Source of the DNA: a virus
Virus record (IMG/VR): IMGVR_UViG_3300045391_000822
Span: 1 to 64,000 of that record
Length of the DNA stretch: 64,000 nucleotides
Strand: one strand, 5' to 3'
Under the pieces are notes generated by a model, which did no database searches, was not told where the DNA came from, and saw only the letters and a program-made list of their open reading frames with translations. Below, piece after piece: positions 8,984 to 18,752 of the stretch (position 1 is its first letter; every line of letters starts with the position of its first letter). The position numbers and the translations under genes were made by a program.

Positions 8984-10991
8984 CAAGGTGAAGAAAAAGA
9001 AGAGTGCATCACAAGATGGGTTTGTGATCGCCGAAGGACTTGACGGGGTTCGGCTAAACCCTACCATGTACCTAGGAGAACTAGGTAAGTACATGGCGTT
9101 GCGATGCACCAAAGAAGTGACCGACAACGCCTACGACGAACACATTGCTGGACGCAACAACTTGATCGAGGTCGTCATTAACTATGACGATGATCTGATC
9201 GTGATTGCGGACGGTGCAGGTGGTATTCCGACCGACTACAAGAAGCTGAAAGACGGAAAGAAAGAAACGATCATGACGGCGGCTTTCAAGCGGCTTCATG
9301 CAGGTGGCAAGTTCAACGACAAGGCGTACAAGACGTCAGCTGGTACGCACGGCGTTGGTGTTGCTGCGGTGAATGCGGTGTGTCAGAGCCTTCGTGTATG
9401 GTCCACGTACAAGGGCAAACTTGCGCACCAAGCATTTGCGAAGGGTGAGATCAAAACCAAAGGTAATGATCCGGTGCAGGTTAAGAGGGTAGACGAGGAC
9501 GTGATGTCCTTGCTATCTTCTAAGATAAAGGTCTACGGCACGATCGTTGCTTTCGTCCTCGATCAATCGGTAGTCAGCGAAAGTGTGCGCCGTGGGAAGG
9601 AGCTTCCGAAGAATTTCGTGAAGGCCGAACCGGACTACAAGGCATTGGGCGAACTGCTTCGTAACGTGGCATACCTGAACCCTGGTTTGGTCGTCAAGTT
9701 TTCTGCCGTGCGTAAGGGCAAACGCAAAGATTTCGAGTTCCAGAACAAGAAAGGTCTGGAATGGATTCCGAAGATCATGTGCGAGAATAGAGAGCTTAAC
9801 CAGCTCGGCAAACCGCTGGTCTTTAAGAACGATCACATCAGCTGCTCTATCACTTGGGCGGATCATCCGGACGTCGATAACTTCTTGTCGTTCGTGAACA
9901 CCAGCCCTACGATTGACGGCGGCTGGCACGTTACTGGTTTCATGAAAGCGTTGGCAGCAGCAATCAAGCCGTATGCCAAGGAAAAGAAGGCGAAGAAAGG
10001 CAAGAAGGCAGACACTGGTTACAGCTCTTCGGATTTGTTGATTGGTCTTACTGGAATGTTCGACTGGCGTATGCACGGCGCGCAGTTCACTTCTCAGGTT
10101 AAGGACAAGTTGGCATCACGTGTCGATTCTGAAGTTGCAGAAATCATGCAACCGGTCTTTGAGTCGTATTTCAAGAAACATTCCAAGGTAGCTAAGGCAA
10201 TCATCAAGCGTGCCCAGGTGATGAACAAGGGTCGTGAAGAGCTTGCTGCTGTGGTTAAGCAGATGGCAGACGTGAAGAAGGTAGCGAAGGGCAACACACT
10301 ACCGTCGGCACTAGCCACCGCACCTGGTGCTAAACCGCATGAGCGGGAGCTGTTCATTGTTGAAGGTGATTCTGCTGCGTTGACTGCTATCGATGCACGC
10401 GATTCCAACTTCCAAGAAGTATTGGGCGCAGGAGGTAAGCCGCTGAACGCGTTGAGTGCCTCGTTGGCTGCGGTTTTGAAGCACGAGGAAATCCAAAACA
10501 TGCTTATCAGTCTAGGCGCTGATATCAAGTCGTTGGATCCGAAAGCAGAGAAGCCACAATTCAGTGCTGAGGGCTTGCGTACTGCACACGTTATCTTCCT
10601 TGTTGACCCGGACCCGGACGGTGGCCATATCGCAGTGTTGTTCTTAGCTGCTATCTATCGTTTGATGCCTGATCTGTTGAAGCAGAAGCGTGTCTGGTGC
10701 GTTGACTCGCCATTGTATGCGGCTGTGAAAGACGGTCAGGTGTACGGTGGCAAGACGTTCGAGGCGTGTCGGAAGGCTGCTCCTAAGTCCATCAAGGATA
10801 AAGAGATCACGCGCATCAAAGGCTGGGGAGAAGTCGATGAGACCTACCTGGAACCGATTGCGTTCAACACCAAGGTTCGTAAACTGATCTGCATCAATCC
10901 GTTTGAGAATGCAGAACAGGAGAAGTTCTTTCGTGGTGTTGTTGCAGAAGATTCATCGCACCGTCGTGCGCTTCTTGGTCTGGAGGACTAA
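8976..10991 (+). CDS. gyrB: type IIA topoisomerase subunit B (GyrB/ParE-like)
   Basis: GLDGVRLNPTMYLG, EVTDNAYDE, LHAGGKF, AGTHGVG, VEGDSA, DPDPDGGHI, IKGWGE. Confidence 0.95.
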   Translation: MTDKVKKKKSASQDGFVIAEGLDGVRLNPTMYLGELGKYMALRCTKEVTDNAYDEHIAGRNNLIEVVINYDDDLIVIADGAGGIPTDYKKLKDGKKETIMTAAFKRLHAGGKFNDKAYKTSAGTHGVGVAAVNAVCQSLRVWSTYKGKLAHQAFAKGEIKTKGNDPVQVKRVDEDVMSLLSSKIKVYGTIVAFVLDQSVVSESVRRGKELPKNFVKAEPDYKALGELLRNVAYLNPGLVVKFSAVRKGKRKDFEFQNKKGLEWIPKIMCENRELNQLGKPLVFKNDHISCSITWADHPDVDNFLSFVNTSPTIDGGWHVTGFMKALAAAIKPYAKEKKAKKGKKADTGYSSSDLLIGLTGMFDWRMHGAQFTSQVKDKLASRVDSEVAEIMQPVFESYFKKHSKVAKAIIKRAQVMNKGREELAAVVKQMADVKKVAKGNTLPSALATAPGAKPHERELFIVEGDSAALTAIDARDSNFQEVLGAGGKPLNALSASLAAVLKHEEIQNMLISLGADIKSLDPKAEKPQFSAEGLRTAHVIFLVDPDPDGGHIAVLFLAAIYRLMPDLLKQKRVWCVDSPLYAAVKDGQVYGGKTFEACRKAAPKSIKDKEITRIKGWGEVDETYLEPIAFNTKVRKLICINPFENAEQEKFFRGVVAEDSSHRRALLGLED

Positions 10992-12548
10992 GTGAAGAAG
11001 GTCAAAAAAGCCAAGAAAGAAAAAGCAGGTAAGCGGATCCTGAAAGCCGAACCGTTACCGACGTTGAAGTCATCAGGTATTCGTGACCAAGGTATTGAAG
11101 CTTTTACTCGTCAAGCACTTTTCGAGTACGGCTCCTACGTTGTTGAGAGCCGTGCGGTACCTGACTACCGTGATGGGCTTAAGCCAGTACACCGATCGTT
11201 GATGTGGTCATTGGCAGGTTTGGGATTACGTCCCAATGCTGCGTATAAGAAAGCGGCGCGCACCGTCGGTGACACGATTGGTAAGTATCACCCTCACGGT
11301 GACCAAGCGTGCTACGGTGCTATGGTAACGATTGCAAATACCATGCCACCGGTTGTTGACGGCCAAGGTAACTGGGGTTCGCCAATCAACAATGCAGCTC
11401 ACATGCGGTACACTGAAGCACGCATGAGCAAGTTTGCACACTTGTTCATGTTGGATCCGCAGTACCTCAAGGTGGTTCCGAAGATACCGAATTATTCCGG
11501 TGACGACACGATTCCTCTCTACCTGCCGGCTCTGTTACCGTTTATTCTGTTCTTGGGAGGTCCTCCCGTTCCGGCTTACGGTGTAGCTGCAGGTAATCCG
11601 AGTTTTAGCTTGCCGTCGGTTGCCAAGGTTGTCGCAACAATGTTGCGCGGTCAAGAGATGGATTCGAAAGAGCTGGCTAAGATCATGCGCGTTGAACATG
11701 CGTACGGTTGCCAGTGTATATCTGACAAGAAAACTTTGCGAGAAGTTCTCAAGACAGGTCGTGGTAGTCTCCAATACCAACCAGAAGTTGTAGGATTGGA
11801 GAAGCAGAAGCAGATCAACATTCGATCGTTCAGTCCTGGCAAGTTGAGTTCTAAGAACTCCGCAGATAACACGCTGAACAAACTTGCTTTGCTGGACGGG
11901 GTGAAACGTGCATACTCCAAGCAAGGTAAGAAGTCGAAAGGCTCCGGACCTTACGGCGCTCTCTACGTTGTGGAGACCAAGGGCTTGAAGGGCGAAGCGT
12001 TCGAGAAGCTGGTCGAGAAAGTCCGCAAGGAAGTTACGTCCAGCGTAAGCGTGCGCTTAGGCGTAACGATTCGAAAGGCGAATGATCCGAACGAGTTTCG
12101 TTACTGGAACTTCGTACAGTTTTTGAAGAACTGGATCAAGTACCGGATAGCACTTGAGCTGCGACTCATCAAATCGTTGATCGTAGAAGTGGAACGTGAG
12201 CTGCACCTTAACGAGGTGTACCTGTTCGCCGTCCAGAACATGGAGAAGCTGCTGAAGGCCTTGCCTAAGGTGTTGGTGGCAGATGATCCAAACGAAGCAC
12301 TTGCGAAGATTTTGCAAATACCGGTTGAAGATGCTATACTTATCTTAGACCGAAAGGTTCGTCAACTGGCTAGGTTGGAAGAGGCCGGCTTGATTGCGAC
12401 CATCAAGAAGTTGAAAGCAGAATTAGCTGGACTCAAGAAGGATCAAAAGGAGCCGGGTGAGCGGGCTGCGCGGGTCAACGATGAGCGCCTGGCTACCTTT
12501 TTGAAAAACCCGGATGCGAATCGCTCCGGACTGCGCTTCACCAAGTAG
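10992..12548 (+). CDS. gyrA: type IIA topoisomerase subunit A (GyrA/ParC-like), no C-terminal pinwheel
   Basis: RAVPDYRDGLKPVHR, GKYHPHGD, DGQGNWGS, AAHMRYTEAR catalytic Tyr; 518 aa. Confidence 0.93.
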   Translation: MKKVKKAKKEKAGKRILKAEPLPTLKSSGIRDQGIEAFTRQALFEYGSYVVESRAVPDYRDGLKPVHRSLMWSLAGLGLRPNAAYKKAARTVGDTIGKYHPHGDQACYGAMVTIANTMPPVVDGQGNWGSPINNAAHMRYTEARMSKFAHLFMLDPQYLKVVPKIPNYSGDDTIPLYLPALLPFILFLGGPPVPAYGVAAGNPSFSLPSVAKVVATMLRGQEMDSKELAKIMRVEHAYGCQCISDKKTLREVLKTGRGSLQYQPEVVGLEKQKQINIRSFSPGKLSSKNSADNTLNKLALLDGVKRAYSKQGKKSKGSGPYGALYVVETKGLKGEAFEKLVEKVRKEVTSSVSVRLGVTIRKANDPNEFRYWNFVQFLKNWIKYRIALELRLIKSLIVEVERELHLNEVYLFAVQNMEKLLKALPKVLVADDPNEALAKILQIPVEDAILILDRKVRQLARLEEAGLIATIKKLKAELAGLKKDQKEPGERAARVNDERLATFLKNPDANRSGLRFTK

Positions 12549-12682
12549 GAGAATAACAATGCGCAACTGAACCACCAAACAGTCCGAGAAGTTCGTAATC
12601 CACAATTTCAAATCGTAAATACCAACTGTACGATTCCAAGTACAGGTTCTGCAAACACCCTTTCCAAAAGGAATCACCTATC

Positions 12683-13177
12683 ATGTCGAAAGATGTCATC
12701 AAAGCCCTGGCCGAACTGTCGAAGCAAGTGAAGGCTGCTGTTAAGGAAGCTAAGGCGCAAGAAAAGCGTGCCGATAAGGCAGAAGCCAAGATCGAAAAGC
12801 TGGAAGCTAAGACTTCCGGCGGTGGCAAGAAGAAGTCGAAGAAGGCTGACAAGAAGGCCACCAAGAAAGCGACGGCGAAGAAGGAAAAGCCTGCCAAGAA
12901 GGACAAGAAGGGCAAGGGCAAGGCCAGCAAGTCCGATGACGACGAAGACGAAGTTGCGACCAAGACTTCCAAGAAGTCGGCCAAGAAGTCGAAGAAGGAC
13001 AAGGCTGAGAAGGAAGGCAAGGTTAGCAAGAAGTCGAAGAAGGAAAAGAAGGCGAAGGCCGAGAAGACCGAAGGCAAGAAGTCCAAGGGCGACAAGAAGA
13101 AGTCGAAGAAGGACAAGAAGGCTGACAAGTCGGACAAGAAGTCGAAGAAGTCCAGCAAGGAAGACTTCCTGGTGTAA
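12683..13177 (+). CDS. histone-like Lys-rich protein
   Basis: N-terminal coiled coil then K/S/A/D low-complexity; AAGGA RBS. Confidence 0.8.
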   Translation: MSKDVIKALAELSKQVKAAVKEAKAQEKRADKAEAKIEKLEAKTSGGGKKKSKKADKKATKKATAKKEKPAKKDKKGKGKASKSDDDEDEVATKTSKKSAKKSKKDKAEKEGKVSKKSKKEKKAKAEKTEGKKSKGDKKKSKKDKKADKSDKKSKKSSKEDFLV

Positions 13178-13266
13178 GCTCAGGCCTGAGCAGTGCAGAG
13201 ATTGGGTGAGGCGTACTCTACTAAGGGAACGCCTCACCCTTTCCAACATTCAGCAGGAGCATTGTC

Positions 13267-14385
13267 ATGGAAAAGACCACCAAGGTGGCACAAAAGAATA
13301 CCGTACTGCATTCATCGAAAACTGCCGGTGCAGACGCGAAGCAGGAAAAACCGTCTGACAAAAAGCCTGTGAAGGCCTCGAAGGATGCGCCGCCGCGAGT
13401 GGTAGAACCTCTGGTCCGGAGTAAGGACAACCTCTTTGATAAGTCACAAGCACACCGTGGTTTGACTGCAAAGAACAATTCACAGATGTCCCGGGTTATC
13501 GAATATGGCGTTAGCGCGTCAGCCGCGGAACGTGAAGATGCAGAAAAACGTGCCAAGTTGGAAGCACGTATTGTTTCCTTAAAGAAGACCATTGCTTATG
13601 TTGACGAGGCTAACGGACAGCTTGCTCTGTTGCCAACACTCAGCACAGAAGAAGCTAAGAACAAGCTTCTTGCAAAGGTCACCAAGCGCATGACCGCCCT
13701 GTATGAACACCCCAATCTTCCACTAGGTGCTTCTACGCCGATGAGGAAAATGCGCAATGAACTGATTTCTGCGCGTGAAGGTTTTATTGCGGATGGAGTT
13801 CTTGCCGCCTTTAACGAGGGGGAAGAAGCCGCTACGAAACTCAAAGCGACTCTGCAGTCCGCTGAAGAAACGTTGGCAATCCTGATACACGGCAATGACG
13901 TTTACATGGATAAGCTCTATGAGCGTGCCCGTGAGATCATCGAACGTACTGGTTCCGAGTCACGTCGTTTGGAATCGCTACGCGACAAGCCGATGGTGAT
14001 AAGTAGGATTCCTATTGTCCCGCTAACGGATCCACCGTTGAATCCAGATCAATTGAATCGCTTAGGAGTGAAGACAGAAAACCTTGGTGGTTATCCTTTG
14101 ATTCACAATCAATTGGTGATAGGTATCAACAAGACGGCGCTCGCGCAGAAAGGTCGCAAAGTTGAAAAGCCGATGGAAGCGGTGGAACGCTACCTGAAGA
14201 TTCTGTCTAAGCAAATGGGCAGGAACATCACGACAGTTTCCAATCAAGGTGTTCCGGGTCAAGGTGGTGTATGGTACTGGCTTGCAGATGAGCGCACCAT
14301 AAATGCTTTCCGGAAAGCTGGACGTGACCAACTCAAAATCCGTAGCTGGGGTTTTGGTTGGGGCGAATCGACATTCGGATCCTAG
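13267..14385 (+). CDS. hypothetical protein
   Basis: 372-aa ORF, AGGAG RBS. Confidence 0.8.
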   Translation: MEKTTKVAQKNTVLHSSKTAGADAKQEKPSDKKPVKASKDAPPRVVEPLVRSKDNLFDKSQAHRGLTAKNNSQMSRVIEYGVSASAAEREDAEKRAKLEARIVSLKKTIAYVDEANGQLALLPTLSTEEAKNKLLAKVTKRMTALYEHPNLPLGASTPMRKMRNELISAREGFIADGVLAAFNEGEEAATKLKATLQSAEETLAILIHGNDVYMDKLYERAREIIERTGSESRRLESLRDKPMVISRIPIVPLTDPPLNPDQLNRLGVKTENLGGYPLIHNQLVIGINKTALAQKGRKVEKPMEAVERYLKILSKQMGRNITTVSNQGVPGQGGVWYWLADERTINAFRKAGRDQLKIRSWGFGWGESTFGS

Positions 14386-14393
14386 GAGCCGCC

Positions 14394-14891
14394 ATGATGC
14401 TGAATACTTTGTATGTGGTGCTCGAAGATGGAACACGAGAGTACCTACAGCGCATGATGGGCGCTGCTCCTGACGGTTTGAATCTGGATTTTAATCCGAA
14501 AATTGAATTGTTTACCAGCCCGGATACCATTACGCCAGATAAGAGAAACATCTACAACGCTCGGTCGATTACTTTCGATATGTGGTACTCCGGACATATT
14601 CAGGCCACCTCTGGTTTGATTGTGCTGGACAGTCCATCGATGGAAAGCCGTTACACTGAGCTACTTAGTGAAGGACAAACACCAGCGTGGCCTTACGGCT
14701 ATCATCCTCACTATACGTTGATACCATTTGTGCCACCACTCAAACGCCATGTAAGGGCTTGGCTCAATAGCATAAGCAATACACTGGCAGAAAGCGATAC
14801 ACCGTTGATCTTTGGTAACGAGCAGGTCGAGGTTGTTGAATACACCTCACCACCCAACTATGAGTTCAACATGATAATGGATTCGAGGTAG
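14394..14891 (+). CDS. 2H phosphoesterase-fold protein, Acb1/T4 gp57B-like
   Basis: LYVV..., FDMW, LIVLDSPSMESRY, YHPHYTL, PLIFGNEQVE colinear with gp57B as recalled; first HxT appears replaced by KIE. Confidence 0.55.
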   Translation: MMLNTLYVVLEDGTREYLQRMMGAAPDGLNLDFNPKIELFTSPDTITPDKRNIYNARSITFDMWYSGHIQATSGLIVLDSPSMESRYTELLSEGQTPAWPYGYHPHYTLIPFVPPLKRHVRAWLNSISNTLAESDTPLIFGNEQVEVVEYTSPPNYEFNMIMDSR

Positions 14892-14894
14892 ATC

Positions 14895-15395
14895 ATGGCC
14901 GTACACTCAGCACACAAGGATTCCCAAAAACTGGACCATTGCTGGGTGTGCCGTACCCGGTTTGTCCAACATGGTGGAACCGCCCACAATGAAATCCACC
15001 ATGTTATCCCTGTTGCGTATGGTGGAACGGACGGACCAACATTTGATCTCTGCGATAGTCATCATTCCTGTCTGCATAAGATGGCTGTGGCAATCCGAGC
15101 AAAGAAACCCTACCATCATTTGCTCGGTACTCGTGATCCGGAATGGGTGCGCAAGCTATTGTGGCTTGCCACCAAGGTAAACGAGGCTGAAGCTTTAACA
15201 CGTAATGACCCTAATAAGAAAGTTGACGTGTTAGTCAGCCTCGATTACGACACACGTAACATGCTCGACCAACTACTGAAGGTTTATCCTAGCGTAAAAG
15301 GTCGAGCAGGTTTGCTGAAGGTGGCAGTACACGCTCTACACCGTCAGCATTTTATGAACAAGCCTGCAACCGTAAAGCAGGGTCACTCAAGGTGA
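14895..15395 (+). CDS. HNH endonuclease-like protein
   Basis: CWVC...EIHHVIPVAYGG...LCDSHHSCLH. Confidence 0.75.
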   Translation: MAVHSAHKDSQKLDHCWVCRTRFVQHGGTAHNEIHHVIPVAYGGTDGPTFDLCDSHHSCLHKMAVAIRAKKPYHHLLGTRDPEWVRKLLWLATKVNEAEALTRNDPNKKVDVLVSLDYDTRNMLDQLLKVYPSVKGRAGLLKVAVHALHRQHFMNKPATVKQGHSR

Positions 15396-16094
15396 ATGAT
15401 GAAAAAGTCAGACGTGATCGCCACTGGTAAGGTTTCCTCGAAGAATCTAAAGCAAGCAATGCGCTGTGGTGAATGCTTGCACTTCAATACGAAACAGCAT
15501 CAGGACAAAGGTGATCTCTGCAAGAATGAAGGCGTCGTGGCGGCTGGTATAGCGCCTCCTTGCTTCACACCCAACTACACGAAGGTAATTCAATCTTCAG
15601 ACGCACTCGTACATCTTAGTACGTTGATGCAAGAGCTGGGCCATAAGGAACGACGTATTCTTGCATCAGTGTTGATGTCAAAGCCAGGCCGTCTCCCTAT
15701 GGGAAAGAAAATCTACTTCTTAGCGTCTGGCAAGGACTACCTCAGCAACTATCTGGCAGGTTGGGTCGTTGGATACACCAGTGCGCGAGAGATCGTGGTA
15801 TTCGGTGATCCTGATAAACACCAACGTGGTAATCCGTATATTGCTTTCTTCAAAGACGAGAGCTCCGTGTTCACCGTCAAGGAATTCAAGCAAAAACGTG
15901 CAGCACTAGCTGCGAAGAATCGCGTTGAAGACCCCGATCAACCGCTGAAGAAGATCCGCAAGACGATCGCTATTGAATACGAACCGCCTACCATGGATAA
16001 CGCGCCTGCGCACTGGCATAATAAGTCCAAAGCGCCGAAGGCTAAGAAAGGTGATTCGAAGATCAAGGAGATCGTCATCTCGAGCAGTAAGTAA
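15396..16094 (+). CDS. hypothetical protein with Cys motif
   Basis: CGECLHF...C...CF; 232 aa. Confidence 0.75.
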   Translation: MMKKSDVIATGKVSSKNLKQAMRCGECLHFNTKQHQDKGDLCKNEGVVAAGIAPPCFTPNYTKVIQSSDALVHLSTLMQELGHKERRILASVLMSKPGRLPMGKKIYFLASGKDYLSNYLAGWVVGYTSAREIVVFGDPDKHQRGNPYIAFFKDESSVFTVKEFKQKRAALAAKNRVEDPDQPLKKIRKTIAIEYEPPTMDNAPAHWHNKSKAPKAKKGDSKIKEIVISSSK

Positions 16095-16109
16095 TACGAG
16101 GTGAACACC

Positions 16110-16499
16110 ATGTCCTATCAGGATGACGCAGTATTTCGAGAATTGATGCGTGCTCAAGAGGAGCAGGCACGTATAGGTGGCAGGAAGACTCCCCAAGAAT
16201 TGGAGCGCCAAATAAGGGACCGCGCTAACCAATCTCAACTAGATCAAATCGCAAATGGTTATGTACCAGAAATACCGTTGCCTGTAGCAGGTGTAGTTTT
16301 ACGCGAACCGGAGAAAGTAAAGGCTCGTGTAGGCGGCTACATCACTACCGCGAGTGCAAAGAAATTCATCGTTGAACGCCAATCAAAGAAAGGCGGTAAA
16401 TGGGAGGTGTTTAGTTCATTAACGGACGAAGCACAGGCACAAAAAGCGGTAAGCAAGGGTAACTCTGGAAAAACTCACGTCTATAGGATACGTCCGTGA
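16110..16499 (+). CDS. hypothetical protein
   Basis: GAGGTG RBS. Confidence 0.65.
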   Translation: MSYQDDAVFRELMRAQEEQARIGGRKTPQELERQIRDRANQSQLDQIANGYVPEIPLPVAGVVLREPEKVKARVGGYITTASAKKFIVERQSKKGGKWEVFSSLTDEAQAQKAVSKGNSGKTHVYRIRP

Positions 16500-16837
16500 C
16501 TGCACATACCGAATCGAAACTGTACTACGAGGCTCATATCACTATTGAGCCTGTCTTCGACGAACGATTAGATTTGGCAAAGCGTTTGTCAGCCCCGTAC
16601 AAGTTTCGAGTCGCAGATCTTCTAATGAAGAAGCGTGAATCAGATACAGAAGAACGAAGCGCCAACGATACGTTCATGACTGGTCACGGTAAGATCTACC
16701 TTGACCTTTCACTCCGAATGATTCAGCTGATCCGTCAGCTACAAGGTCACGGTTTTAAGGTATGGCGCTACAAGATCGAAGACACTATCATCGATAGTCG
16801 ACACGATGATGCGCTAGGTTTGCTCGACCCGCAGTAA
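16496..16837 (+). CDS. conserved-looking hypothetical protein
   Basis: YYEAHITIEP...VWRYKIE; GTGA overlap. Confidence 0.7.
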   Translation: MTAHTESKLYYEAHITIEPVFDERLDLAKRLSAPYKFRVADLLMKKRESDTEERSANDTFMTGHGKIYLDLSLRMIQLIRQLQGHGFKVWRYKIEDTIIDSRHDDALGLLDPQ

Positions 16838-16896
16838 GTTTGGTACCCGTGGACAAAGCCAGCACCCTCTGGCAACGTTCATTAAGGACACGCTCA

Positions 16897-17835
16897 ATGA
16901 TTAAACATACACTAGGCATAGAAGATCTGACAAAGACACAGATCGGTGCCATCTTCGCTTACCTATTCCGCCGCATCGAAGTAATGGAGTTTCGCAAATA
17001 CTTCGACAACGGAATTGCTGTTAAGAAGAAGATAGATAGTAGTGGCTACATCTTGCGTAATTGCAAACTGTTTGCCTACGCTCATTGGAGGGCTGTACAC
17101 TCTGATTCAGAAAGGCCTAAGGCAAAAGCGTTTGAAGTGTCTCCCCAGGATGCGCCGATACTTCGTCGACTGAATTTAGGCCACATACCAAAGAAGTTCC
17201 AAGTTTATTCCTTGGCTGAATACAAATCACTCATCGATGAATACCTCTGGTCTCAGCAGATTGACGTATACATCGGTAAGTTCATCAGCAAGAAGTTGCG
17301 ATTCCTCATCAAGTCCTATGGTTTGGATCGATCAGATATCGAAGCAGACTTGAAGATGAAAGGTCTGTACGACGTATACCGCATGTACCCGTTTTATGAA
17401 AGCCACCTGCACGTGGTTAACATTGCGAAAGGTGGGATCAAGCGGGCAGGCCAGGATTTGATCCAAGAACACACTTCTGGCAAACGCCAGAAGCTAAGAG
17501 CTAACACCGATGGTACGTTTGAACACCTACACGTTGCGCTAGATCTAGCTGCACCTGATCTTATTGCACCGGCTGTGGGGAACTATGTGCTTGATGGTAT
17601 GCGTGATCTCGAAAAGTTGGCACCGCACATGACGCCTAGGGCTCAGCGGTTTCTAACTTTATTGAGCGGGCAGCACGATGATGAGTTCTCTGAATACCTA
17701 GGTCGTGACAACGACAAGGCGTCGGAGAAGTTGGCCTTTGAAGTCTATTGTTCAAAGGTCCAAGCGTATATGGAGGTTTCGGATGCCTCACTCCAACAAT
17801 TTTTCGGCAAGTTACGTACCCGATTGAGCCGCTAG
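16897..17835 (+). CDS. hypothetical protein, possible divergent sigma-factor region 2
   Basis: LDRSDIEADL...VVNIAKGGIKRAGQDLIQ has weak sigma70 region-2 pattern; AAGGA RBS. Confidence 0.4.
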   Translation: MIKHTLGIEDLTKTQIGAIFAYLFRRIEVMEFRKYFDNGIAVKKKIDSSGYILRNCKLFAYAHWRAVHSDSERPKAKAFEVSPQDAPILRRLNLGHIPKKFQVYSLAEYKSLIDEYLWSQQIDVYIGKFISKKLRFLIKSYGLDRSDIEADLKMKGLYDVYRMYPFYESHLHVVNIAKGGIKRAGQDLIQEHTSGKRQKLRANTDGTFEHLHVALDLAAPDLIAPAVGNYVLDGMRDLEKLAPHMTPRAQRFLTLLSGQHDDEFSEYLGRDNDKASEKLAFEVYCSKVQAYMEVSDASLQQFFGKLRTRLSR

Positions 17836-17879
17836 TCGGTGTAGGCACGCGAACCCCAGATGTACGGGGTTTGCACGCC

Positions 17880-17969
17880 TGTAACATTTTTGTTACATTT
17901 GTTGTACGCAGACAACACCGGTAGAGCGCCGGTAGAATTCAGTTGCGGGTACTGAAAATGTGTTACAAT
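17880..17969 (+). promoter_or_regulatory. putative extended -10 promoter with upstream palindromes
   Basis: TGnTACAAT at 17961-17969; TGTAACA/TGTTACA and TGTTGT-N6-ACAACA inverted repeats upstream; 200-bp intergenic gap. Confidence 0.55.
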
Positions 17970-18032
17970 AAGGTAAGAGTACCACGGGTACTTAAAACGT
18001 AGAAATCGCACCTAACGTACAAGGAGCAAAAG

Positions 18033-18368
18033 ATGAAGAACAAGGTAACGAAAAAGCAGTACATGCAAACGTATAAATTTCTCTTAGGTCTTGGCTTCAG
18101 GCCATTTCTTATTCAGACTGAAGTGTTCGTTGATCCTGACGAGAACACCACCAGTTTCGGCGTTCAGGCAAGCGTGGGCGAGTCGTTCACCAAATCTTGC
18201 AAGCTGTTGAGGGCGGCAGGATTCAAGACGAAGACACTCATCACCAAGGCAGATAAGGAGGTGTGCATGACGCATCCTGACATCATAGGTAGCGAAGTCT
18301 TCGTAGAAGACACATACGCGCTAGGTGTGCTCCTCAACGTTTGCCAAGTTTATCCCGCCACCGTGTAA
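18033..18368 (+). CDS. hypothetical protein
   Basis: AAGGAG RBS, first gene after promoter. Confidence 0.75.
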   Translation: MKNKVTKKQYMQTYKFLLGLGFRPFLIQTEVFVDPDENTTSFGVQASVGESFTKSCKLLRAAGFKTKTLITKADKEVCMTHPDIIGSEVFVEDTYALGVLLNVCQVYPATV

Positions 18369-18410
18369 TTCGATAACGTTCCTGACCTGACGTGTAAGGA
18401 GGAGCAGCTA

Positions 18411-18611
18411 ATGGAAAACGTAGTGATGAACAAAGTCACAAAGACATTCAATGTGTTCGTTAACAACGGTTTCAAGTTCGAGTTCAAAGAACAACGCCAA
18501 GGGTCCTCGACCAAGCAAGTCAGGAAAATCATCCTTAATGAATGGGGTAGCTATCTGAATCCCTTTGATCTCAAAGTTCAAGAGCATAGGTGTCCGAGCT
18601 CCACTAAATAA
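18411..18611 (+). CDS. hypothetical protein (possibly frameshifted into 18565-18783)
   Basis: strong AGGAGGAG RBS. Confidence 0.5.
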   Translation: MENVVMNKVTKTFNVFVNNGFKFEFKEQRQGSSTKQVRKIILNEWGSYLNPFDLKVQEHRCPSSTK

Positions 18612-18752
18612 CAAGTTGTACAAAGCGCCCGCTGAAGCGTTTCGAGTGTTACTCCTTAATCGGTCCGCAGTTTCGATTATGGTCCCTCCCAGTCTCTGGA
18701 AGAGAAGCTTTTCAGCACCCCTCCAAACTTTCTCACTTGAAGGTGAGTCGAA

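Noticed and set aside
8976-12548. Active intein within gyrB/gyrA
   Set aside because: Both ORFs are colinear with intein-free enzymes; the Hint-like sequence is a separate ORF in another frame.
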